Below are positions 1 to 9,918 of a stretch of 64,000 bases of DNA, piece after piece; the stretch's first letter is position 1; every line of letters starts with the position of its first letter. The notes beneath the pieces are model-generated. The model did no database searches and had not been told where the DNA came from. It was given only the letters and a program-made list of their open reading frames with translations. The translations under genes and the position numbers were made by a program. The stretch is taken from contig CASELS010000001.1 in the NCBI GenBank assembly GCA_949288855.1, forward strand, positions 68,479 to 132,478, read 5' to 3'. This DNA is from an uncultured Collinsella sp. GTDB lineage: Bacteria > Actinomycetota > Coriobacteriia > Coriobacteriales > Coriobacteriaceae.

Positions 1-2
1 CG

Positions 3-320
3 GCATGGGTCTCGCGCGTGTTCCAGCGTGCAGGTTACGGCTACATCGGCGGCAACGCCAACGACATGTACGCGCGCTACTGCACGTACTCCAACAAGGC
101 ACAGCTGCAGGTGGGCATGATCGTTGCTGTGTCGACGTACAGCAAGAACTACGCCGGCCGCATTTGGGGTCACGTGGGCATCTACATTGGCGACAACCGC
201 ATCATGGAGAACATCGGCCGCATCGCCACCACCAACCTCGATACGTGGTGCAACTACTACGGCGATACCGTCGCTCCCCGTTGGGGTTGGGCGATGGGCA
301 TCAACCTCGCCGCGCAGTAA
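3..320 (+). CDS. C-terminal part of a CHAP/NlpC-like peptidoglycan hydrolase (5' end outside window)
   Basis: Frame is open from position 3 (AWVSRVFQRAG...GNANDMY...WGHVGIYIGD). GNA and GHVGIY are CHAP-type motifs; the catalytic Cys would lie just before the window. Confidence 0.7.
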   Translation, partial: AWVSRVFQRAGYGYIGGNANDMYARYCTYSNKAQLQVGMIVAVSTYSKNYAGRIWGHVGIYIGDNRIMENIGRIATTNLDTWCNYYGDTVAPRWGWAMGINLAAQ

Positions 321-550
321 GAGCCGCGCCGAGAACCGCGCCGCTTGCCGGCGTGCCACCTTGGTTTTTACGAGCACCCCGCTTCGCCTGCCTGTGCGGA
401 GCGGGGCGCATGCGTTTGCGGGCCCGTGCCGCGTGCCTTGCCCGGTTCGCTTTGGGTGCCCGCCACCGCGTTGCAGACGTTATCGCCCGCGGCCCGGGCG
501 CGCGGCTCGCTGCTCGGCTCGCTGCGGTGGCCATCTGCCACCGAGTTTTT

Positions 551-705
551 TGCAAGAATTGAGGTAGTGAACCCGGGTAGTGAACCCGGGGATGCGCCCT
601 CGGAGGAAGTGCAGGTAGAGGGCCTGCAATAATCGAGGTAGTGAACCCGAGAGCGGGAAGGGCGCCGAATCGCGTGTTTTGGGGTTCACTACCTCAATTA
701 TTGCA
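551..705. repeat. Cluster of 24-bp repeats TGCAA(G/T)AAT(T/C)GAGGTAGTGAACCC (REP/MITE-like)
   Basis: Direct copies at 551-574 and 625-648, a partial copy at 576-587 and an inverted copy at 682-705. Confidence 0.8.
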
Positions 706-805
706 TGATTCGTTTCCGTACGTGCGGTTTGGGCTTCTATGTGCTGCGATGCCAACTAAATGCAGATGCGGGTACAATACTCCCATCAAGGGAGGGGAGG
801 TTGCC

Positions 806-1123
806 GTGTGCTACACCATTGACGAGATTCGTAACGCCGTTAAAGCGGCGGTATTGGAATACAATTCGGCCGCCGCCCATAACGAGAAGATTAAAAGTGT
901 GAAGCTATTTGGTAGCTACGCTCGAGGAACTGCGTCCGATGAGTCGGATGTCGACCTCCTTGTCGAATTCATAGATCCCGTTGTTAGCTTTTTCACGCTT
1001 GCCCGTGCCCTCGAGGCCATGGAGGCCCACCTAGCCACTGATGTCGATATGGTTCAAGACCCTCTTCCCCATGGGTCGCTTTTAGATATATGCGAGAAGG
1101 TGCCGCTGTATGAAGCAGCCTGA
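806..1123 (+). CDS. Minimal nucleotidyltransferase (MNT/MntA-type antitoxin)
   Basis: GTG start after GGAGGGGAGG; motif FGSYARGTASDESDVD (GSx10DxD); overlaps the downstream HEPN gene. Confidence 0.85.
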   Translation: MCYTIDEIRNAVKAAVLEYNSAAAHNEKIKSVKLFGSYARGTASDESDVDLLVEFIDPVVSFFTLARALEAMEAHLATDVDMVQDPLPHGSLLDICEKVPLYEAA

Positions 1124-1445
1124 CCGACATATCCTCGAGTAGATACTCGTTGAAATTAGTTTTCTCGAAAACTTGTTGCTAGGTATGGACGACTCGGCTT
1201 TTTTGAATGACGAGACAATAAAACGTGCTGCAGCAATGGCATCAATCAATATCGGCGAGCTTGCGAAGCATCTCTCGGATGATTTCTATCAAGCCTATCC
1301 TGGTAGCGAATTGAAGTATGCCGCACGAACGCGCGATGTATATGCCCATGGGTATTACACGCTTCATTTTGAAACGGTGTATAAGACGGCAACCGAAGAT
1401 TATCCTCGCGTAAAGTCGTGGGTACTAGAGCATATTGACGACTAA
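1110..1445 (+). pseudogene. HEPN (DUF86/HepT-like) RNase toxin with in-frame TAG at codon 11
   Basis: ATG at 1110 overlaps the MNT 3' end and reads MKQPDRHILE*(TAG 1140-1142)ILVEISF...; the RDVYAHGY motif (Rx4HxY) is intact. Confidence 0.8.
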
Positions 1446-1472
1446 ACGATAGCGTTTGCCTTTGACTTTATA

Positions 1473-2348
1473 TCAATTGCCCCAAAGTTCGCTTATGGTC
1501 TGGCGAAACGCCTCCGCGGCGGGGGAGAGCTCCTGATAGCGCTTCCACGCGATAGCAACGCCGGCGGTGACCTCGGGCTCCAGTGGGCGGAAGACAAGAT
1601 CGGTGGCGAGCGAAGCCTCGACGATCCCCTCAAGGCATACCACATACCCCACATGCGCCTCGGCGAGTGCCGCGGCGTTGTAGAGCAGGTTGTACGTGGC
1701 AACAACGTCGAGTTCGGCGAGGTCTCGGTGGAACCACGGCGCCAGCTCGTCACCGCCTTGGGCAGAGAGGATGAGCGGAAGGCCCGTAAGGTCGTTTGGC
1801 GTCACCGCATCGCGGGAACATAGAGCGTCGTCGCGCCGCATGATAACGCCCCAGCGGTCGCGCGCGGGCAGCTCGATGCTCTCATAGCGCGTGAGGTCGA
1901 CCTTGCCCACAAAGAGGCCAAAGTCGATAAGGCCGTTGTCGAGCCGTTCGCGCACGTCCTCGGCGTTGCCGCTGTGCAGGGCAAAACGCACCAGCGGATA
2001 CTCGTCTTGCATCTCGGCTATCACGTTGGCAACGAGCCTCACCGCGGGCGTTTCACCGCAGCCAATGCGAACCTCGCCCGTGAGCGTCTCGGCAGATACG
2101 CGCAGCTCCGCCTCCGTGCGCCCCACCAAATCGACTATCTCCTCCGCGCGCCGGCGCAAGCGCATGCCCGCCGCGGTGAGCTCGATGCGACGGCTGCCGC
2201 GGTCAAAGAGTTTGAGGCCGAGCTCGTTCTCTAGGTCCTGCATCTGGCGAGAGAGCGAGGGCTGAGAAAGATGGAGTGCGTGCGCCGCGCCGGAGATGGT
2301 CCCCTCGCGGGCGACCATGAGGAAGTACTGCAGATGGCGGAGTTCCAT
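1473..2348 (-). CDS. LysR-family transcriptional regulator
   Basis: N-terminal MELRHLQYF...LSQPSLSRQ helix-turn-helix; 291 aa. Confidence 0.95.
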   Translation of the reverse strand: MELRHLQYFLMVAREGTISGAAHALHLSQPSLSRQMQDLENELGLKLFDRGSRRIELTAAGMRLRRRAEEIVDLVGRTEAELRVSAETLTGEVRIGCGETPAVRLVANVIAEMQDEYPLVRFALHSGNAEDVRERLDNGLIDFGLFVGKVDLTRYESIELPARDRWGVIMRRDDALCSRDAVTPNDLTGLPLILSAQGGDELAPWFHRDLAELDVVATYNLLYNAAALAEAHVGYVVCLEGIVEASLATDLVFRPLEPEVTAGVAIAWKRYQELSPAAEAFRQTISELWGN

Positions 2349-2422
2349 AGAGTCCCTTCGTTGCCGTCTCGATGCGGCGCGGTTTGAACAAAACCATAGC
2401 GCTGGATGCCCAGCTTCGAACT

Positions 2423-2473
2423 ATAGCCCAAATGCATGAAACGCTGTTTCATCAAGGGTGTGGCGCGTATAAT
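2423..2473 (+). promoter_or_regulatory. Divergent lysR/xpt control region
   Basis: T-N11-A box ATAGCCCAAATGCAT (2423-2437), palindrome ATGAAAC-GCT-GTTTCAT (2436-2452) and TATAAT at 2468-2473. Confidence 0.5.
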
Positions 2474-2529
2474 CACAGCAGGGACAACGCGCCTGTCGCT
2501 CGTGCCGGGCGCCGACGAGAAGAGGTTGC

Positions 2530-3108
2530 ATGAAGGAGCTCGAGGAGTACATCCGCCGCTTTGGCACCGTTAAGGAGGGCAACGTCCTTAAGGTCGACGC
2601 GTTTCTCAACCACCAGTGCGATGTTGCGCTGTTTGATCGCATGGGCGAGGAGTGGGCGCGTCTGTTTGCTGGCAAGCCCGTCGACAAGATCCTGACTATC
2701 GAGGCGTCGGGTATTGGCATCGCCTGCGTTGCGGCGCGCCACTTCAACAACGTTCCCGTCGTGTTTGCCAAGAAGTATCAGTCCATCAATCTCGATGGCG
2801 AGCAGTATGCGACCTCCATCCACTCGTTCACCAAGCAGAAGGACTTTCACGTGATCGTGGCCAAGAAGTTCCTAAGCGCCGGCGAGCATGTGCTGCTTAT
2901 CGACGACTTCCTCGCCAACGGCTGCGCGCTGAACGGCCTCATTGAGATCTGCGAAGCTGCCGGTGCGGTTGTTGAGGGCATTGGCATCGCCATCGAAAAG
3001 GGCTTCCAGGATGGCGGCGCGAGCCTGCGCGAGCGCGGTTATGACCTGCAGTCGCTCGCCATTGTTGACGCGATGGATCCCGCTACCGGCGAAATCGAGT
3101 TTCGCTAA
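2530..3108 (+). CDS. xpt: Xanthine phosphoribosyltransferase
   Basis: [17 protein letters not shown] and the PRPP-binding motif [10 protein letters not shown]. Confidence 0.95.
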   Translation: MKELEEYIRRFGTVKEGNVLKVDAFLNHQCDVALFDRMGEEWARLFAGKPVDKILTIEASGIGIACVAARHFNNVPVVFAKKYQSINLDGEQYATSIHSFTKQKDFHVIVAKKFLSAGEHVLLIDDFLANGCALNGLIEICEAAGAVVEGIGIAIEKGFQDGGASLRERGYDLQSLAIVDAMDPATGEIEFR

Positions 3109-4484
3109 TGGCGGCCGAGGACAAGCGCCCCAACGGCGCGGCGGCCGGTGCTGACGGCGCCGCCAGCATGGCGTCGGCGCTCGGTGACTTCTACGCCAAG
3201 ATTTCGATAGCGCAGGGCTTCCCGTATGGCCTCCAGCATGTGCTCGCCATGTTTGTGGCAAACCTCGCGCCCATCTTTATCGTTGCGGCGGCGGCCGGTA
3301 TGGATGCGTCGCAGTCTGCGGCGCTCATTCAAAACGCCTTGCTTATGGCGGGCCTCGGTACGATGGTTCAGCTCTTTCCCCTGTGGCGCGTGGGCGGCGC
3401 GCTGCCCATTGTGACGGGCATTAGCTTCACGTACGTCTCGGCAGTTGTTGCCATTGTCGCTGCTCAAGGGTATAACGTCGCGGTCGGTGCCATCATCGTC
3501 GGCGGCCTTATTGAGGGCGCGCTCGGTCTCACGGTGCGCTACTGGCGTCGCTTTGTGCCGCCGATCGTATCGGCCGTGGTGGTGACCTCCATTGGCTTCT
3601 CGCTGCTCTCGGTGGGCGCCGAATCGTTTGGCGGCGGATCGGGTGCCGAGGACTTTGGCAGCTGGCAGAACCTTTTGCTCGCGACCATCTCGCTCGTGAG
3701 CTGCCTTGCCTTCCAGTGCCTCGCCAAGGGAACCAAAAAGCAGCTCTCGGTCCTCTTTGGTCTTGTGGTGGGCTACGTGGTAGCGCTTGTGCTCGGCAAG
3801 GTCGACCTGAGCGCGTTCTCGGGGCTCGCGCCCATCTCCATTCCGCAGTTCATGCCCTTTGCGCCGGAGTTTGACCTTGGCGCGATCATCTCGCTCGGGC
3901 TGCTCTATCTCGTGAGTTCCGTCGAGGTTATGGGTAACACCACCGCGCTCACCAAGGTGGGCTTTGACCGTACGCCCACCGACCGCGAGATGTCGGGCGC
4001 CATCACGGCGGATGGCGTTGTCTCCTCGGTCGCAGGCCTTTTTGGCTGCCTGCCTATCACCTCGTTTGCGCAGAACGTCGGTCTTGTTGCCATGACGCGC
4101 GTCGTCAACCGCCGCGTCATTGCCTGCGGCGGCGCGATTCTTATCCTCGCGGCCTTTGTGCCCGCGGTGGCGGCGGTTTTCAACTCGCTTCCCGAGGCGG
4201 TGCTCGGCGGCTGCACGGTCATGATGTTTGGCAACATCGTGCTCTCGGGTGCCCAGATGATTGCCGAGGCGGGCTTTACGCAGCGAAACATCACCATTGC
4301 GGCGCTCGCGCTCTCTGCCGGTATCGGGTTCACGCAGGTGCAGGGCATCTTTGCTGCGTTTCCGCCCATCGTGCAGTCCATCTTTGGTAGCAACTGCATC
4401 GCCATCGCCTTTGTGGTGGCGGTGGTGGCAAACTTCCTGCTCCCGCATGAGGAAGATGAGGTGGAGGCAGGCGCCGACGCATAA
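3108..4484 (+). CDS. NCS2-family xanthine/uracil permease (PbuX-like)
   Basis: GLQHVLAMF and SFAQNVGLVAMT NCS2 signatures; translationally coupled to xpt. Confidence 0.9.
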   Translation: MAAEDKRPNGAAAGADGAASMASALGDFYAKISIAQGFPYGLQHVLAMFVANLAPIFIVAAAAGMDASQSAALIQNALLMAGLGTMVQLFPLWRVGGALPIVTGISFTYVSAVVAIVAAQGYNVAVGAIIVGGLIEGALGLTVRYWRRFVPPIVSAVVVTSIGFSLLSVGAESFGGGSGAEDFGSWQNLLLATISLVSCLAFQCLAKGTKKQLSVLFGLVVGYVVALVLGKVDLSAFSGLAPISIPQFMPFAPEFDLGAIISLGLLYLVSSVEVMGNTTALTKVGFDRTPTDREMSGAITADGVVSSVAGLFGCLPITSFAQNVGLVAMTRVVNRRVIACGGAILILAAFVPAVAAVFNSLPEAVLGGCTVMMFGNIVLSGAQMIAEAGFTQRNITIAALALSAGIGFTQVQGIFAAFPPIVQSIFGSNCIAIAFVVAVVANFLLPHEEDEVEAGADA

Positions 4485-4501
4485 GCGCGCCGGCGCGAGC
4501 G

Positions 4502-5122
4502 CTAGTTTGGCAGACGTATAACGTCAACCAGGTTCCACGGGCCGGCGCCCTGCCCATCGGGCAGTTCGTCGGCCTGCGTCTCGTCAAAGGTGTAGACGCA
4601 GGTGGTGAGATTGCCCCAGCCTGCGTTGAGGATGGGCATGGGGTCGGTCACGGCGCGCAGAAAGTTGAAGTTGGCACCGCCGTGTCCCACGGCGAGTACG
4701 CAGTCATGTCCGGGTGCGCGCATGGTATCGGTTAGTGTTGCCACCATGCGGTCGCGTACCGTATCGGACGACTCGCCACCAAATTGCAGGTAATAGGTCC
4801 GGCACGCCTCGGGGTCGTTCTCGGCAAGAAAATCCTGCTGGGCCTCGAGGTCGCCGTAGAACATCTCGCGCAGGCCTTTGAGGCGCTCGTAGGCGAGCGG
4901 CATGTCGAGCGCGCCAAGCAGAAGCTCGAGCGTGTCGCTGGCGCGCTCGGCCGTTGAGCATACCGCCGTATCAAAATTCACGCCGCGTTCGTGCAGGATC
5001 GCGCCCATCTCGCGCGCTTGGTCGCATCCGCGTTTGGTAAGGGGTGAATCGCACCAGCCCTGGATGCGGTGCTGGCGGTTGAACATAGTCTCGCCGTGAC
5101 GCGTAAGGTAAAGCGTCTTCAT
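4502..5122 (-). CDS. Histidine phosphatase (PGM family)
   Basis: LYLTRHGET motif and VGHGG. Confidence 0.9.
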   Translation of the reverse strand: MKTLYLTRHGETMFNRQHRIQGWCDSPLTKRGCDQAREMGAILHERGVNFDTAVCSTAERASDTLELLLGALDMPLAYERLKGLREMFYGDLEAQQDFLAENDPEACRTYYLQFGGESSDTVRDRMVATLTDTMRAPGHDCVLAVGHGGANFNFLRAVTDPMPILNAGWGNLTTCVYTFDETQADELPDGQGAGPWNLVDVIRLPN

Positions 5123-5976
5123 TACAGGGTCACCGCCTCACCGGGAAGCGGCGCGAGCACGCGCTCGGGGTTCGCGACAGCGGTGGCCAGAGCACGCGGG
5201 TCACCATTGAAGGTCGACCAGTCGGGCGCGTCCACCGTGCCCCAGTGGATGCAGAGGAGCTGCGCGTTTGGATAGGTGTTTGCGAGCTTGACCGCGCCCT
5301 CGAAGGTGATGTGCCACTCGTTGTCCGAGAAGTCGAGCAGGATCATCTTGGGCTCGGGCATCTCTAGATGCTCGGGCAGGAGTTTGGAGTCGCCTGGCAG
5401 CCAGATGGTGCCGTCCGGCGTGTCCAGCCAGTAGCCGCAATAGTCCTCGCGCTTCCACTCGCGGTATGCCCACTTCTTAGAGTCGTTTTGCCAGTTGTGC
5501 CACGCCGGGGTGAGGCGGCAGGTCATGCTGCCCACGGTGAACGTCTCGTCGATATCGTGGCCGATGCCGGGAAGCCCCTCCTCGCGCGCCGCCTCTGCCA
5601 CGTACTGCGGTGCATGGTAGGCCGGGCACACGCCGGCGACGTCGCGGCAGGTGGGGCGACTGAAGTGGTCGTTGTCGATATGGGTGAGAAGCACCGCGTC
5701 GAGTGCGGGGACGTCTGCCGGGGCGATGGGTGCCTCAAAGACCACCGGCATGTCGAATCCCTCGAGCACGGGGTCAATCATGATGCGCGTGCCGCGGGCA
5801 TTGATGAGGAGCCCCGCGCCGCCGAGCCAGGTGACGGTGGTTGACTCTTGCGTGCCGAAGGCGCTGGCAGTAACGGGCACGGTACCGGTGGGCACAGCCT
5901 GGCCGCGCTCGTTGGTGGTGACGGTCGAGGCGGGATTGAAATGAGGGGTGCAGGCGGTTGGTGCGTAGTTGGTCAT
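5122..5976 (-). CDS. MBL-fold metallo-hydrolase
   Basis: THIDNDH (HxDxDH variant), AWH, PGDS and IHWG. Confidence 0.85.
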   Translation of the reverse strand: MTNYAPTACTPHFNPASTVTTNERGQAVPTGTVPVTASAFGTQESTTVTWLGGAGLLINARGTRIMIDPVLEGFDMPVVFEAPIAPADVPALDAVLLTHIDNDHFSRPTCRDVAGVCPAYHAPQYVAEAAREEGLPGIGHDIDETFTVGSMTCRLTPAWHNWQNDSKKWAYREWKREDYCGYWLDTPDGTIWLPGDSKLLPEHLEMPEPKMILLDFSDNEWHITFEGAVKLANTYPNAQLLCIHWGTVDAPDWSTFNGDPRALATAVANPERVLAPLPGEAVTL

Positions 5977-6098
5977 AACGCTTCCTTTCGGTATGAGGGA
6001 AGGGCGCGGGAACCTCGGGGCCTCGCGTGGCGGTACTGATTGTTATGACAGCGAGAAGCGCCGCGCGGCCGTCGCGCGCTGCCCGCAGAACGTAGGAG

Positions 6099-6740
6099 TT
6101 AGGCCGTGTAGTGGGTAAGGCACATCCCTATGAAGTCGCGCATCTCGCCCCGGAAGTCCACCGTGCGCCGCGTAAGCCCGGCGAGCTCGATGGCCTCCGC
6201 CACACGGGGGCTCTCCTGACACCAGCCGGCGATGCCCACGGCGTGGCAGTACACGGCATAGAGCATCTGCGCCATACGGGCGGGCTCACAGCCGAGGTTC
6301 TCGGCAAAGCGCGCAGAGAGCGCGTCTTGACCCGCGTAGTAGCGCGCCTTGAAGGCGGCGAGGCGCTCGAGCGTGCAGTTGGTTTCGATGATGGTCATGA
6401 GAAGGTCGCCGTAGCGGAAGTAATCGCGGTGGGCAACCACCTGCTCGCACCAGACCTCTGCCAGCACGGTGGGCGAGAACGTGGAGCCTGCCGGATAGAC
6501 CGTGAGCAGGTCGTTTTGGTACGCCTCCATGGCATCGTTCGTGAGCTCGAGGAAGATGTCCTCTTTGGACGTAACGTATTTATAGAGTGCGGCGCGCGAC
6601 CAACCGAGGCGCTCGGCGATGGCGGCGAGCGTTATCTCGTGATAGGAAAGCTCGCTAAAAAGATCGCGGGTAACCTGCTTGATTTCTGACAGGCGCTGTT
6701 CTTTCTGCTCGTCGCTGCGCGCTCGGACGAATTCTGCCAT
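6099..6740 (-). CDS. TetR-family regulator
   Basis: ITLAAIAERLGWSRAALYKYVTSKEDI helix-turn-helix. Confidence 0.9.
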   Translation of the reverse strand: MAEFVRARSDEQKEQRLSEIKQVTRDLFSELSYHEITLAAIAERLGWSRAALYKYVTSKEDIFLELTNDAMEAYQNDLLTVYPAGSTFSPTVLAEVWCEQVVAHRDYFRYGDLLMTIIETNCTLERLAAFKARYYAGQDALSARFAENLGCEPARMAQMLYAVYCHAVGIAGWCQESPRVAEAIELAGLTRRTVDFRGEMRDFIGMCLTHYTA

Positions 6741-6821
6741 ATGCGGTCGGTGCCTCCGTATGAACGTATCTTTTCGCCAAGATAGTATCAGAAGTATCTC
6801 AAAAGAGCAAATAAGATAATC

Positions 6822-6840
6822 AAAGTAGAAAAACTACTTT
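6822..6840. promoter_or_regulatory. Palindrome AAAGTAG-N5-CTACTTT in the AT-rich divergent promoter (candidate TetR operator)
   Basis: Perfect 7-bp arms between tetR and the acetyltransferase operon. Confidence 0.45.
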
Positions 6841-6901
6841 ACAAGTGACGTAGCGTAGCGTAAATTACAGACAGGGAAGACTTGAGCTTCGGGAGGGATT
6901 C

Positions 6902-7498
6902 GTGATGACTGAACACGAGAAACTGCTGGCAGGGCTTGAGTACGACTACACGGATCCAGAAATCCAGAGCATGCTCGCCCGTACGCGAGAGCTGCTCGTC
7001 GCCTACAACGCTGAAAAAGAGCCGGCGCGGCGCGGCGAGATTCTACGCGATATGCTCGGCAGCTGCGGTGAGAACGTGACCGTGCAGTCGCCCGCGAGCA
7101 TTCTCTACGGCAAACACACGAGCATCGGCCACGATGTTTTCATCAACGGCAACTGCACCATCCAAGACAGCGCGCGCGTGACCATCGGCGACCGCGTGGT
7201 GATTGCGCCCGACGTGAAGCTCTTCTGCGGCAGCCATGCGGTGGACGCCCGTGAGCGCTGGAAGCGCGGCGCGGACGGGACGCTTAAGCTCGTGACCATC
7301 ACCAAGCCCATCACCATCGGCAGCGACGTGTGGATTGGCGGCGGCGTCATTGTGGTGCCGGGCGTCACCATCGGCAGCAATGTGGTGGTAGGCGCGGGTG
7401 CCGTAGTCACGCGTGATGTGCCGGACAACTGTATCGTCGCCGGCGTGCCGGCGCGCGTGATTCGCGAGCTCGAGCCGCTTGGGGCAGATGAGGGATAA
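6902..7498 (+). CDS. Sugar O-acetyltransferase (maltose/galactoside family)
   Basis: Hexapeptide repeats; IGSDVWIGG...VAGVPARVIR. Confidence 0.9.
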   Translation: MMTEHEKLLAGLEYDYTDPEIQSMLARTRELLVAYNAEKEPARRGEILRDMLGSCGENVTVQSPASILYGKHTSIGHDVFINGNCTIQDSARVTIGDRVVIAPDVKLFCGSHAVDARERWKRGADGTLKLVTITKPITIGSDVWIGGGVIVVPGVTIGSNVVVGAGAVVTRDVPDNCIVAGVPARVIRELEPLGADEG

Positions 7499-7573
7499 GA
7501 GACTCAAAGGGCATATACCGCGATTTCGGCTATAGGTACGCGGCACGGGCCGCGCAGAGATGAGGAGGACACA

Positions 7574-7906
7574 ATGGCTATTACGGTGAATCTGTATTAC
7601 ACGGGCGAGAACGGCGCGGCGCGCAAGTTCGCGGAGGAGATGGAGGCGTCCGGTACGGCCGACGCCATCCGTGCCGAGGAAGGCAACGTGCGCTACCGCT
7701 ACTTCCAGCCGCTCGATGACTCGGAGACGGTGCTGCTTATCGACGCATGGCGCGACCAGGAGACGATCGATGCCCACCACGCCTCGCCTATGATGGCAAA
7801 GATCGCGGAGCTACGCGATAAGTACGACCTGCACATGACGGCCGAGCGCTACGTCACGGACGAGGCGGGCCTTCCCGACCATGACCAGGCGTTTATTCGA
7901 AAGTAG
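7574..7906 (+). CDS. ABM-family (putative quinol monooxygenase) protein
   Basis: IRAEEGNVRYRYF...W..Q..IDAHHASP; strong GAGGAGG RBS. Confidence 0.85.
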   Translation: MAITVNLYYTGENGAARKFAEEMEASGTADAIRAEEGNVRYRYFQPLDDSETVLLIDAWRDQETIDAHHASPMMAKIAELRDKYDLHMTAERYVTDEAGLPDHDQAFIRK

Positions 7907-7913
7907 GCGCTCT

Positions 7914-8939
7914 ATGGCAGATATGCAGTATGCAACGCTCGGTCATTCCGGCATCAAAGTGTCGCGCCTGTGCCTCGGCGGTATGAGCTTTGGTAAGGCG
8001 TCGCCCGATTTCCACCAGTGGACCATCGGACCGGATGAGACCCGTGCGGTCATCAAGCGGGCGCTCGAACTGGGTATCAACTTCATCGATACGGCGAACA
8101 CCTACGCCTTCGGCACGAGCGAGGAGTATATCGGCGCGGCTCTGCGCGACCTCGGTGTACCGCGCGAGGACATCGTGCTGGCAAGCAAGGTTTACTTCAA
8201 CGACGGGCACCTCTCGCGCGAGGCCATCAATCGCGAGATCGACGGCACGCTCAAGCGTCTTCGAACCGACTACCTCGACCTCTACATTATCCACCGCTTT
8301 GACTACGGCACGCCCATCGAGGAGACGATGGAGGCGCTCGACGCTCTCGTGCGAGCCGGTAAGGTGCGCGCGCTCGGCGCGAGCGAGATGTATGCCTACC
8401 AGCTGCACAACATACAGGTAGTTGCCGAGCAAAACGGCGGGACCGGGTTCACGAGCATGCAGTGCCACTACAACCTGCTCTATCGCGAGGACGAGCGCGA
8501 GATGATTCCCGTCTGCCGTCAGTTTGACATGGCGCTCACGCCGTATTCGCCCTTGGCCTCGGGGCACCTGTGCCGTCCCACGTGGGACTCGGACTCTAAG
8601 CGCTCCACCACCGACGCTACCATGCGCAACAAGTACGACGCTGCGCGCGAGAACGACATGCAGATTATTGCCCGGCTGGCAGAGGTTGCCGAGAAGCATT
8701 CTGTGCCGATGGCGCGGGTGGCGCTTGCCTGGCTGTGGGCGCGCGGCGTGGAGGCGCCTATTGTGGGCTGCTCAAGTCCCGAGCGCGTGGACGATGCGGT
8801 GGCAGCGCTTGACGTGGCGCTCACGCCCGACGAGATCGCCTATCTGGAGGAGCCGTACGCGGCGCATGAGCTGGTGGGACCGCTTGCGCGCCCCGGCGAG
8901 AAGCCGCTGGCAGGCACAACCGACCCCCACAAGAAATAG
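7914..8939 (+). CDS. Aldo/keto reductase
   Basis: GINFIDTANTY, LASK, DYLDLYIIHRFD and PYSPLASG. Confidence 0.95.
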   Translation: MADMQYATLGHSGIKVSRLCLGGMSFGKASPDFHQWTIGPDETRAVIKRALELGINFIDTANTYAFGTSEEYIGAALRDLGVPREDIVLASKVYFNDGHLSREAINREIDGTLKRLRTDYLDLYIIHRFDYGTPIEETMEALDALVRAGKVRALGASEMYAYQLHNIQVVAEQNGGTGFTSMQCHYNLLYREDEREMIPVCRQFDMALTPYSPLASGHLCRPTWDSDSKRSTTDATMRNKYDAARENDMQIIARLAEVAEKHSVPMARVALAWLWARGVEAPIVGCSSPERVDDAVAALDVALTPDEIAYLEEPYAAHELVGPLARPGEKPLAGTTDPHKK

Positions 8940-8997
8940 GGGCTTGCTCTATCTATTCCTAGGGACGTATCGCTCCGAATCGAGAGAGAGGACCCGT

Positions 8998-9570
8998 ATG
9001 AAGAAAAGCATTGGACCCAAGCTCGCCCTCTATCCCATGCCCGTCGTGGTGGTGGGCGCTATGAACGGCGACGAACCTACGTGGACGCTCGTGGCGCACA
9101 CAGGCATCCCAAGTCATAGCAAGATCATGGTGAGCCTCGCGGGAGCGCACTTTATAAACAGCTGCATCGAGAAGACGGGCGTGCTGTCCGTCAACGTAGT
9201 GGACGAGAGCTGGCTTGACCGTGCGGACTTCTGCGGCAGCGTGAGCGGCGCGCGTCAGAGCAAGGCCGATGTCTTCGCTTGGACGGCTGGCGAGGCCGGC
9301 GCCCCGCTTATCGACGACGCCAAGCTTTCCATGGAGTGCCGTGTCGAGGATGTTTACGAGATCGATCACTTTGAGAACTTTATCTGCTCCATTGCGGGCA
9401 CCTATGCGGACGATGCAATTGTGGCCGACGACGGCAAGGTTGACATCGCAGCGCTGAGCCCCGTGCTCTTTGAGATGCCCACCTACACCTACCTGGCCTG
9501 CGGCGAGAAGATTGCCGAGTGCCTGAGCTTTGCCAAGGCGCGCGAGGCCGAGATGGCCGTCACAGACTAA
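8998..9570 (+). CDS. Flavin reductase / flavoredoxin family protein
   Basis: LYPMPVVVVG, ADFCGSVSG and APLIDDAKLSMECRV; ATG after a purine-rich RBS. Confidence 0.85.
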   Translation: MKKSIGPKLALYPMPVVVVGAMNGDEPTWTLVAHTGIPSHSKIMVSLAGAHFINSCIEKTGVLSVNVVDESWLDRADFCGSVSGARQSKADVFAWTAGEAGAPLIDDAKLSMECRVEDVYEIDHFENFICSIAGTYADDAIVADDGKVDIAALSPVLFEMPTYTYLACGEKIAECLSFAKAREAEMAVTD

Positions 9571-9590
9571 CCGGGCGGGCGGAAAGGGTC

Positions 9591-9803
9591 TCAAGCTGGC
9601 CTGTTAAGACGTTCGCATCTGCCAACGATTTCTCGGGAAAGACCGTGGTGCCGTTTTGCACATCGGCCTCATCAGGCATAGGGTCGAGTGCCGATGAGCT
9701 GGCGGGTATGACCGATACGGGCACGTGGGTTGCTGGCATGCGCTTTGGCTCCGGTACGCCCGCAGCGGATATCGACGCATGGGTTGACAGCCTTGCGTTG
9801 TAG
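9591..9803 (+). pseudogene. Flavodoxin C-terminal remnant (5' half deleted)
   Basis: WPVKTFASANDFSGKTVVPFCTSASSGIG...IDAWVDSL is a flavodoxin C-half; there is no start, RBS or N-terminal FMN loop. Confidence 0.75.
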
Positions 9804-9918
9804 CGGCTCGGCCAGGCATTTTACAGCGCTCGATTCTGGCGTGTGCTGCTACGGACTTGTGGAGTGGTGGTCACCGGCGAGAGGGCCTTGATGACGGTTT
9901 GTCGAGGAGACTAGCTTG

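Noticed and set aside
551-705. CRISPR array
   Set aside because: Spacing is irregular and orientations are mixed.
2349-2529. Purine riboswitch before xpt
   Set aside because: The leader after TATAAT is only about 50 nt and lacks the purine aptamer core and a terminator.
8524-8997. N-terminal extension of the flavin reductase
   Set aside because: It overlaps the AKR gene out of frame; the real start with an RBS is at 8998.
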